Assembly (NCBI GenBank): GCA_030528765.1
Contig: JAUMYD010000002.1
Location: forward strand, 1-31,874
DNA length: 31,874 nucleotides
Reading direction: 5' to 3'
From: Bacillota bacterium
GTDB taxonomy: Bacteria; Bacillota; Dehalobacteriia; UBA4068
Under the pieces are notes generated by a model. That model was not told where the DNA came from. It was given only the letters and a program-made list of their open reading frames with translations, and did not search any database. The position numbers were made by a program, and so were the translations under genes. How positions within the stretch are numbered: the first letter of the stretch is position 1; each line of letters begins with the position of its first letter. Below, in pieces: positions 18,811 to 27,697 of the stretch.

Positions 18811-18919
18811 CATTGCCATCATCTCCCGTGCAGAACTTCCGGAGGATCAAACAAGAAAAACTTTCTGCAAACATCTCCTGCAAAAGATATTTAGATTTTT
18901 CCAAAAAGGAGCATTCACA

Positions 18920-20903
18920 ATGACAGATCAGTTTAATGAAGATATTCTCCTGCCCCTCCCCTTGGATCAGCCTTCGGAAGCCGAACCGCAGGGGTTCTTT
19001 CAATATCTGGAGAGTGTTTCCTTCAGCAGCGCAACTTTTCCCAAAGGATCTTCCGGCAATGCCACCAAAGCATTCGAAAATGCTTTTATTGCTGCTGCTA
19101 AAAAAAGGGGAGCATCATCCCCTTTGCAGAGAGGAATAAATTTACTCCCTCGAAAAACTTCCATTTCTGGGAGCTCCGCGATGGTAAGCTTTATAGAAGA
19201 AACTATGATCCGGCCTCTGCGCTTGCCGAATTGGATAAGGGAAAAACACTGGTTCTCCCCAAAGCCTGCTTTTCTGAGAAGAAAGATACGTTAATAGCCT
19301 TAGACTATAATGCACCCCTGGTGCTGAACGCCAGCAGGCAGGGGGATCAGATCTTTTTCCATCTTTTTGATGCAGAGGATGCCTACAAACATCGGGGGGA
19401 TGTGCTGCCCCAGCATCCTGATCTGCACTGGTATGATTATGTGCTGGATTTCTTTGCAAAATTCTTCGGCTGCCGGCGTGAAGTCTGCGAGGAATGGAAT
19501 CGTTTCCAGGAGAATGCCCGTCTGCGCAATGAAGCGACCCTCAACGGTGTCAAGGAATCCCTTCACACGGGGAAATTTTTCTCTGATCTCAATAACCAAA
19601 GTGAAGGGATCCCCTATGCCACCGGAGATCAGCCGAAAGACTATGCGCAGCTGGATGAATATATTGACAAGAAGAGCCTGCACTGGAAGGTGCAGCAGGA
19701 ATACAACCCCCTGCTTGTTCCCGGGCTGGAGGATGTGAATGAGAAGACTCTCCCCAATGATCCGGAGCTGAAGGAACCTGAAGAAAATGAAGAAAAACAA
19801 CTGATCGCCTGGTTTAAAAATCGCTATGAGACAAAGAATTTGCAGCTTCTGTCGAAAGCAGGAAACGCTGTCTACCCACAGCTGTTCAACCCCAGTAGGC
19901 AGGAAAAGCAAAGGCAGGCAAATCGCCAGATCCATAACAATTTCCTGTTTGAGGCGAACCGCAGCCCGTTCCAAAGGCAGTTCGCTTTTTCCAGTGATCA
20001 GGAGATCAGTCTTTCTGCAGCTTTTTATTCTGCTCTGGCCTATGGTGTGGCAAAAGAAAACTCTATGCTTACAGACCACAGAAAAATATTCGCCTCTTCC
20101 TTCGGGGAGAAGAGGATGGAATGCCCACAAACTTCCATACGCTTTTCAACACGGCACTGAGCAAGCAGGATGATGAGAAAACCATTCAACTGATCCACAC
20201 CGGGATCAGTTGAATGTGGGAAAGCCTGCTGCTGCAGAATGATATGACGAGCTCCTGGAGCCTGCAGCAGGCAGGAATGGCCCTGCGCATGGAAAAAGCC
20301 CTTCCAAAACTGAAGAAAAAAGAAAAGGATAATCCAGCCCCTAAGCAGCAGGAGGACACCACGAACATTGCCAAGCTGAAACGGATCTATTCCGAGATCC
20401 TGAAGACAGAGCACTGTGCACTGTGGCCGAATTTCGGAAAAGCCCCTCTCGATGAGGAAGAAAAAACCCTGATAAAACAGATCGTTAGCGGGCAGGCGAA
20501 CTATGCCTACCTCCGCCGCCTGAACAAGATCCCTGTGAATGAACGCCCCATGGAGCTATTTGTCAACTACGATGATATCTCTAAATCGACAACAGAGATG
20601 TCCAAGTATGTAACAGAACAGCTCCCGAATCACGAGGATCCGATCCATTCCCTGCTAAATGGCGATATTACCCGGGATTACCTTGGGGAGCCAAATCCCC
20701 CCAAAAAGAAAAACATCATTGCCGAGGATGATGATCCGCAGGAAGAGCTCATCGATACAAGCGTAAAAAACAGGGAAAAGCAAAATAAAGACGCAAAGAA
20801 AAAGAAGAGTGTTAGCTTTAAAGACAACTTTACAGAAATTACGCAAATAGAATCGTTCAAAGCAGAAACCGCAAAAAACACCAGCCACAGCCCCAAAAAA
20901 TGA
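18920..20903 (+). pseudogene. Array paralog P3, disrupted (two frameshifts and one nonsense codon)
   Basis: Three ORF-track fragments join into a 661-codon homolog: one base missing at A7G4 19100-19110, one missing in 20050-20087 (A5 at 20082-20086), in-frame TGA at 20211-20213 where P4 has Arg (GINRMWESLL). Confidence 0.85.
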
Positions 20904-21898
20904 AACATTGCCATAAGCAGCTTCAAAGGCAAAAAGCAGAATGGCCCCTCTTCGGGCCAAAACGACGAAAGCCCCTTCCGGAAAGCAGACAGAAAAAGCG
21001 GATCGCTCTCTCTTCCGCACAAAAACGCAAGCCGAAAATAATCTATCTCTGAAAAGGAGCGATCCCAATGACTGATCATCTCCACGAAGATATTCTCCTG
21101 GAAGAAGAGCAAAACAGCATTCCGGAAGCGGCGCCGCAGGATATCAGAACATATCTGGAAAGCATATCCTTCGCCAAAGTGGAGCTGCCCCGGGGAGAAG
21201 AGCTTTCCGCTGAGAATACAGAGCTCTTCGATAGCTTCCTCAACTCCTCTATTCGGATGCGGGGCAGCACAGTTCCCAACGCAGCTCAACTCCGGCTTGC
21301 TCCTGCGGATACCCTGAACCACCATTTCTGGGTGATCAGGGATGGCTCTCTCGTTAAAATGCCGATCGGAGAAACATCAGCCGCATCCCTGTTTGCCGCC
21401 CTGAAAGAGGGAAAGACACTGGTCATTCCCAGGCCCTGCTTTCCTGAAATAAACAGGAACCTGTCTTTTTCGATCCCTCCGGAGCCGCAAAAAGTAGTGC
21501 ACAGCCCCTTCCTTCAACAAAATAAAATCCTGGGCTATAATTATGATGAACCCCTGGTGCTGAACGCCAGCTGGCATGAGGGCATCCTTTATTTCCATAT
21601 TTTTGACGCGGAAGAAGCCTACCGGCATCGGAATGATGTGCTGCCGCAGTATCTGGATCTGCACTGGTATGATTATGTGCTGGATTTCTTTGCAAAGTTC
21701 TTCGGCTGCCGGCGTGAGATCTGCGCAGAGTGGGACAATTTTCAGGAGAAAGCCCGTTTGCGCAGCATAGAGGTCCGCCAGGAGATCCAGGAGGCCTTTC
21801 AGACAGGAAGGACCTTCATCAATTTTGAAAGGGAAAGTGATCCCCTTCCCTTTGCCTCCAAGAAGGAGCTGGACGCCTATGTTGAGAGAAAGAGCGAA
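20715..21898 (+). repeat. Direct repeat copy 1 (P3 tail + spacer + P4 N-terminal domain)
   Basis: No mismatch found by eye against 22973-24034 over 20715-21776 (1062 bp, offset 2258); near-identity continues to 21898. Confidence 0.92.
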
Positions 21899-23161
21899 AG
21901 GGAAGAGGATCAATCGAAGCTCTGGGTTCCGCCGCCGATCCCCTTATTTGAGCAGGAGGATCCGAAAAACCTCCCGAAAGAACCGGAACCGCAGCAGCCC
22001 AGCGACCAGGAAAGGGAGGAGATCATCTCCTGGTTTAAAAACCGCTATGAGATGAAGGAGATGCAGTTTCAATCAAAGGAAGGGAGCAATACCTACCCGC
22101 AGCTCTTCAGCCCCAGGAAAAGAGCACAGCAAAAAAACCTGAACGCCCGGATCCATAACAAATTCCGGAAGAAGGCAGCAAGGCACCCCTACCAAAAAGA
22201 TTTCTCTTTATCCGGCAACCAGAACAATATCAGCCTTTCTGCGTCCTATTTTGCTTCCCTGGCCTTTGGGCTGGCAAAACATCTCCAGCTCGAGAACAGC
22301 GATGCAGATATTCAGGCCTTCCTTCTGGGAGAAGAAAACAAACTGCCCCAAGACTTCTCCACTCTCTTCACGTGGGCTCTGGATAACCCGCTGCACAACA
22401 ACACAAAGCAGTGGATCGCAAATGGGATCAATCGCATGTGGGAAAGCCTGCTGAAGCAGGATGATCTGACGAGCCCCTGGAGCCTGCAGCTGGCGGGTAT
22501 GGCCACACGCCTGCAAACCCTTCTCCAGAATAATTACAATAAAAATATGTATCGCCGCAAACCACATCGACAGAAACTGCGGGGTCTTGTGGAAGAAAAT
22601 GGGGCAGAATCTCCCGATGTCTTCAATACCATAAAAATGCTCTATTCCGAAATCGCTACTGCAGAAAACCTGCCACTGAAGCCGGGTTTCGGGAAAAAGT
22701 TCTCTACTGATGATGAGAACAGAAATCTGCGAGTTGTTATAGAAGGACAGATGGACTATGCCTTTCTCCGCTACATGAACAATTTAACGCCGGAAGAACG
22801 TGACCTGTTCATAGGTGAAAATCTCGCCCCGAAGTATTATGAATTGCGCACAAACCTAACAAGGCATGCGAAGGAGCAGCTCCCCAAATACGAAGATCCC
22901 ATCCAGGCCCTGCTGGACGGCCAGCTCATCCGGGATTTCCTGAAAAAGAGCGGCCCCGAAAAAAACAACAATATCATTGCCGAGGATGATGATCCGCAGG
23001 AAGAGCTCATCGATACAAGCGTAAAAAACAGGGAAAAGCAAAATAAAGACGCAAAGAAAAAGAAGAGTGTTAGCTTTAAAGACAACTTTACAGAAATTAC
23101 GCAAATAGAATCGTTCAAAGCAGAAACCGCAAAAAACACCAGCCACAGCCCCAAAAAATGA
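21068..23161 (+). CDS. Array paralog P4 (697 aa)
   Basis: AAGGAG SD; all family motifs; tail KKKKSVSF...SFK identical to that of P3. Confidence 0.88.
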   Translation: MTDHLHEDILLEEEQNSIPEAAPQDIRTYLESISFAKVELPRGEELSAENTELFDSFLNSSIRMRGSTVPNAAQLRLAPADTLNHHFWVIRDGSLVKMPIGETSAASLFAALKEGKTLVIPRPCFPEINRNLSFSIPPEPQKVVHSPFLQQNKILGYNYDEPLVLNASWHEGILYFHIFDAEEAYRHRNDVLPQYLDLHWYDYVLDFFAKFFGCRREICAEWDNFQEKARLRSIEVRQEIQEAFQTGRTFINFERESDPLPFASKKELDAYVERKSEREEDQSKLWVPPPIPLFEQEDPKNLPKEPEPQQPSDQEREEIISWFKNRYEMKEMQFQSKEGSNTYPQLFSPRKRAQQKNLNARIHNKFRKKAARHPYQKDFSLSGNQNNISLSASYFASLAFGLAKHLQLENSDADIQAFLLGEENKLPQDFSTLFTWALDNPLHNNTKQWIANGINRMWESLLKQDDLTSPWSLQLAGMATRLQTLLQNNYNKNMYRRKPHRQKLRGLVEENGAESPDVFNTIKMLYSEIATAENLPLKPGFGKKFSTDDENRNLRVVIEGQMDYAFLRYMNNLTPEERDLFIGENLAPKYYELRTNLTRHAKEQLPKYEDPIQALLDGQLIRDFLKKSGPEKNNNIIAEDDDPQEELIDTSVKNREKQNKDAKKKKSVSFKDNFTEITQIESFKAETAKNTSHSPKK

Positions 23162-24156
23162 AACATTGCCATAAGCAGCTTCAAAGGCAAAAAGCAGAAT
23201 GGCCCCTCTTCGGGCCAAAACGACGAAAGCCCCTTCCGGAAAGCAGACAGAAAAAGCGGATCGCTCTCTCTTCCGCACAAAAACGCAAGCCGAAAATAAT
23301 CTATCTCTGAAAAGGAGCGATCCCAATGACTGATCATCTCCACGAAGATATTCTCCTGGAAGAAGAGCAAAACAGCATTCCGGAAGCGGCGCCGCAGGAT
23401 ATCAGAACATATCTGGAAAGCATATCCTTCGCCAAAGTGGAGCTGCCCCGGGGAGAAGAGCTTTCCGCTGAGAATACAGAGCTCTTCGATAGCTTCCTCA
23501 ACTCCTCTATTCGGATGCGGGGCAGCACAGTTCCCAACGCAGCTCAACTCCGGCTTGCTCCTGCGGATACCCTGAACCACCATTTCTGGGTGATCAGGGA
23601 TGGCTCTCTCGTTAAAATGCCGATCGGAGAAACATCAGCCGCATCCCTGTTTGCCGCCCTGAAAGAGGGAAAGACACTGGTCATTCCCAGGCCCTGCTTT
23701 CCTGAAATAAACAGGAACCTGTCTTTTTCGATCCCTCCGGAGCCGCAAAAAGTAGTGCACAGCCCCTTCCTTCAACAAAATAAAATCCTGGGCTATAATT
23801 ATGATGAACCCCTGGTGCTGAACGCCAGCTGGCATGAGGGCATCCTTTATTTCCATATTTTTGACGCGGAAGAAGCCTACCGGCATCGGAATGATGTGCT
23901 GCCGCAGTATCTGGATCTGCACTGGTATGATTATGTGCTGGATTTCTTTGCAAAGTTCTTCGGCTGCCGGCGTGAGATCTGCGCAGAGTGGGACAATTTT
24001 CAGGAGAAAGCCCGTTTGCGCAGCATAGAGGTCCACGAGGATATCCAGGAGGCCTTTCAGACAGGAAGGACCTTCATCAATTTTGAAAGGGAAAATGATC
24101 CCCTTCCCTTTGCCTCCAAGGAGGAGCTGGACGCCTATGTTGAGAGAAAAAGCGAA
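22973..24156 (+). repeat. Direct repeat copy 2 (P4 tail + spacer + P5 N-terminal domain)
   Basis: Partner of 20715-21898; P4 and P5 translations identical up to ...RLRSIEV. Confidence 0.92.
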
Positions 24157-25629
24157 CAGGAAAAATCGCAGCGGGTGGTCCCGTCTTATTTTCCCTCTTC
24201 CTTTTTTTCAAGTAAAAAGAATAAAAACACCGAGGTGCAGGAGTGGGAGCCGACCACAAAAAGAGACGATCTGATCTCCTGGTTCAAAAATCGCTACGAA
24301 ACAAATGATCTGCAGCTTCACACAAGGGGAGGAAGCAAAATCTACCCGCAGTTCTTCAGCCCCCAAAAAAAGGCAGCGCAAAAACAGTTAAACCAGCAGA
24401 TCCACAAAAGATTTCACCAAAGCGCAAAAGAACACCTCTACCATAAGGATTTCCGTTTTTCCAATAGCCAGGATATCAGCCTTTCTGCAGCTTTTCACGC
24501 CGCTCTGGCCTTTTCCTTAGTAAAATGTCGTCAATTCGTTTATCATGAACAATTAAAAAATCCAAAGGCGCTGGAAAAATATTCTTATACGGATGAAGGG
24601 CTTAAGGCCTTTCTCCTGGGAGAAAACAACATGAACGGCCTTTTTATAAAACTTTTCAATAGGAAATTGCAGACTCCGACACATGTTGATGTAAAGTTCA
24701 ATCTTGCCCAGGGGGTCGGCTACATGTGGATGTCCCTGATCAAGCAGGAAGATATGATGAGCCCCTGGAGCCTGCAGCTGGCAGGAATGGCCACGCGCCT
24801 GGATGAATTCCTTTCACAGGAAAGAAACGAGAGCAGTGATACGCATAAATCCTTGTTAAGGGAAGATGTAGCCCCCCTCCTGCACTATGAATATAACTAT
24901 GTACCCGATTATTCTGTGTTGAAGCTTGATCTTTCGCAAGTTCTAAATCGGCTTTTTTCTAAGGATGCCAAAGATATTCCCTCTGATTACCTTCCGGATA
25001 ATAAGAAAATGATCCTTGCTCTGAAAAACATATATACCAGTATCAGCAAGGCGGAAAACTGTGCCCTGTGGCCGGATTTCGGGAAAAAACCACTCGATCA
25101 AATGGATGAAGAGACATTGAACTGTGTTCTGAGCGGGCAGGCAAACTATGCCTTTCTCCGCCGCCTGAACGGGGTGGCGCCGGAAAACCGAGCCTGGTTC
25201 ATAGAAAAAAACTACGATGTGATGCTTCAGTCGACAGAAAAGCTGAACAGCTATGTGAAACAAAACATCCGCTTTTATGAGGAACCTGCCCAGGCTCTGC
25301 TGGACGGCAGGATCATCCGGGATTATATAGAAAACCGTCTCCCCCCAAAAAAGAAAAACATCATTGCCATGGATGATTCCTTCGAAGAACTCATCGACAC
25401 AAGCTCAATAGCTGCCGAACACAAAATGAACAAAAAAAAGGAAGAGAAGGCTCTTACTTTTGAAAAAGACCTAGTGGAGGTTCAGCAAATAGACTCTTTC
25501 AAAAAAGAGACCGCAGAAAACACGGACAAATCCAAAGCCACACTCTGTTCCAAATCTGAAGCCTTTCCCGGAAAGAAAGAGAAAGGAACAATCCAAAACG
25601 GAGATAAGCCAAAGATCAACGGCAAATAA
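23326..25629 (+). CDS. Array paralog P5 (767 aa)
   Basis: N-terminus identical to P4, divergent central/C-terminal region; degenerate tail EKALTF...SFKK. Confidence 0.88.
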   Translation: MTDHLHEDILLEEEQNSIPEAAPQDIRTYLESISFAKVELPRGEELSAENTELFDSFLNSSIRMRGSTVPNAAQLRLAPADTLNHHFWVIRDGSLVKMPIGETSAASLFAALKEGKTLVIPRPCFPEINRNLSFSIPPEPQKVVHSPFLQQNKILGYNYDEPLVLNASWHEGILYFHIFDAEEAYRHRNDVLPQYLDLHWYDYVLDFFAKFFGCRREICAEWDNFQEKARLRSIEVHEDIQEAFQTGRTFINFERENDPLPFASKEELDAYVERKSEQEKSQRVVPSYFPSSFFSSKKNKNTEVQEWEPTTKRDDLISWFKNRYETNDLQLHTRGGSKIYPQFFSPQKKAAQKQLNQQIHKRFHQSAKEHLYHKDFRFSNSQDISLSAAFHAALAFSLVKCRQFVYHEQLKNPKALEKYSYTDEGLKAFLLGENNMNGLFIKLFNRKLQTPTHVDVKFNLAQGVGYMWMSLIKQEDMMSPWSLQLAGMATRLDEFLSQERNESSDTHKSLLREDVAPLLHYEYNYVPDYSVLKLDLSQVLNRLFSKDAKDIPSDYLPDNKKMILALKNIYTSISKAENCALWPDFGKKPLDQMDEETLNCVLSGQANYAFLRRLNGVAPENRAWFIEKNYDVMLQSTEKLNSYVKQNIRFYEEPAQALLDGRIIRDYIENRLPPKKKNIIAMDDSFEELIDTSSIAAEHKMNKKKEEKALTFEKDLVEVQQIDSFKKETAENTDKSKATLCSKSEAFPGKKEKGTIQNGDKPKINGK

Positions 25630-25668
25630 GCAGGCAAAGGATATCCGCAGCAGAAAGAAGGCGAAACA

Positions 25669-27693
25669 ATGACTGATACTTACCAGGAAAACTTACTTCA
25701 GATTGATACGGATAAAAACCCTGCTGAAGAAGATCTGGAGCCCAGAAGATATGACGATATAGAAAGCTACCTGGCTGCAACTTCTATTGGCCATCTTTCT
25801 ATTGACGATATTGAGCAGAACCCGAATTTATCCTATTTTCATGAATACTTGAATTCTCTTATCTCGCTCAAGGCTCAGCCGATCAAAGGTAAAATAAAAA
25901 CAAATAAAAAAATAGTGCCCGCCAAGAATACGCAGCCCCTGAGTCACCTTTGGTGGATGACTAATGACTGCCTTGCCCGTATACCTGACAGCGATTCCAG
26001 ACTGCTGTTTAATATGCTGCACCAGGGCCGTTCCTTTGTAGTGCCCCGCCCCCTTTACATTGGCAAAAATAAGAAAATCTGCGGCTTTAATTACGATTCT
26101 CCCCTGGTAATAAATGCCACCGTGTATGATGATCGGCTCTATTTCCATATTTTCGATGCGGAAGATGCCTACGCGCATCGGAATGATATTCTGCCGGAGT
26201 ATCCGACCCTGCACTGGTATGATTATGTGCTGGATTTCTTTGCAAAATTCTTCGGCTGCCGGCGTGAAGTCTGCAAGGAATGGGATCGTTTTCGGACAAC
26301 AGCCCTTTCCCGCGGGGAAGAAAAACTGGAAAAAGTAAGCCATTCCCTGTCTATGGCCAAGGATGGGGATCTGTTTTTTGATGAAAACCCCTATTATTAT
26401 AGAATACCTTATTCCAAAGAAGAGCCTATGGAGTATGCTCTGAACTGGGCTTTCCATAACAGCGAACCGAATAAAATTCACCAGCCAATACAGGAAAGCC
26501 CCTTTTCTCCTGATGTGATCCCGGAGGAGCCCCCCCTGAATGCGCCCGAAAGTCAGGAACTGATAGATTGGTTCAAAAACCGGTATGAAAATACGCAGCT
26601 GGAAATGCATCGGGAAGAGTATAACAGAACCTATCCGCAGCTGTTCAGCAAAAAAACTCTGGCACAGCAGAAAAAACATAATATCCGGCTTCATAATGAA
26701 GCTGTACACCGCATACATGCACATCTCCTGAAAAAGCCGATCAGCTCTGATTCGGAACACCGCATCAGCAGCGCAGCAGCCTACCATGCAGCCATTGTTT
26801 ATGGCCTGGCAGAATCCATTAACATCAAAAAAGATATCCCCGCTGAGAAATATGACCAAAATCTGCTCTCCTTTCTTTGCGGAGACACCAAGGCCATGCC
26901 GACACGCTTTCAGGAGGCCTACCAAAATAATTCCGGCAGGCAGCTCCTGCAGGAAAACCGAGATCTGGCCGAGCGGGGCAGACATGAACTGTTCAAAGCT
27001 GTGCTGCGGCAGAAAGATCTGCTGAGCCCCTGGAGCATCCAGCTGGCAGAAATGGGCATCTGCATGAAGAAATATATTGGTTTCATCAATAGCGGCAAAT
27101 ACGAAAAACGCCCGAATCAGGAAAATTTGGACTACACAACGGCCAGTGATGAAGAGCTTCTTGAATATTCCCTGCAGAAGCTTTACGAGTGGGTGCATCA
27201 GGCAGAACAGAGCACCCTGACCGCAACTCCCAGCAAATCAGCGATCAAGACAGTCATTCAGGGGCAGACCGGCTTCGCCTTCCTCCGCCGCCTGGGCCAG
27301 GAAAAACCGGAAAACCGCCTGGATTTCCTGCGGGAAAACTTTTCAGCCATGGAACGGCTGCAAAAAGAATTAACTGCCTATGCCAATAAAAATCTCCACA
27401 CATATGAGGATCCTGTGCAGGCCCTGCTGCAAGGCCATCTCCTTCGGGATTACCAGAGCAGGAAGCGGAGCTATAACATCATCGCCGATGATGATCTATC
27501 CTTCAGCGGGGAAGAAATTCTTTATAATGTCATCGACGAAAACACAAGGACCGACACTACCGGGAAGAACAAAAAAACAGCTCCGAAAAAGGCCAGAGTA
27601 GCCTTTAAAAGCGATGAATCTTTCACGGAAATTACAAACATAAAATCTTTCAAAAATGAAACCAAAGAAATGAACTCTAAACCATGGGGCTAA
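25669..27693 (+). CDS. Array paralog P6 (674 aa)
   Basis: MTD start; WYDYVLDFFAKFFGCRREVC, SPWSIQL, GQTGFAFLRRL, tail KKARVAF...SFK. Confidence 0.88.
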   Translation: MTDTYQENLLQIDTDKNPAEEDLEPRRYDDIESYLAATSIGHLSIDDIEQNPNLSYFHEYLNSLISLKAQPIKGKIKTNKKIVPAKNTQPLSHLWWMTNDCLARIPDSDSRLLFNMLHQGRSFVVPRPLYIGKNKKICGFNYDSPLVINATVYDDRLYFHIFDAEDAYAHRNDILPEYPTLHWYDYVLDFFAKFFGCRREVCKEWDRFRTTALSRGEEKLEKVSHSLSMAKDGDLFFDENPYYYRIPYSKEEPMEYALNWAFHNSEPNKIHQPIQESPFSPDVIPEEPPLNAPESQELIDWFKNRYENTQLEMHREEYNRTYPQLFSKKTLAQQKKHNIRLHNEAVHRIHAHLLKKPISSDSEHRISSAAAYHAAIVYGLAESINIKKDIPAEKYDQNLLSFLCGDTKAMPTRFQEAYQNNSGRQLLQENRDLAERGRHELFKAVLRQKDLLSPWSIQLAEMGICMKKYIGFINSGKYEKRPNQENLDYTTASDEELLEYSLQKLYEWVHQAEQSTLTATPSKSAIKTVIQGQTGFAFLRRLGQEKPENRLDFLRENFSAMERLQKELTAYANKNLHTYEDPVQALLQGHLLRDYQSRKRSYNIIADDDLSFSGEEILYNVIDENTRTDTTGKNKKTAPKKARVAFKSDESFTEITNIKSFKNETKEMNSKPWG

Positions 27694-27697
27694 AAAA

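Noticed and set aside
19097-19111. Programmed -1 ribosomal frameshift at A7G4 in P3
   Set aside because: Zero-frame codons are AAA AAA AGG, not the canonical A_AAA_AAG phase, and P3 has two further lesions.
20211-20213. TGA read-through (selenocysteine or recoding) in P3
   Set aside because: The aligned residue in paralogs is Arg, so a CGA-to-TGA nonsense change is simpler; other genes here use TGA as a normal stop.
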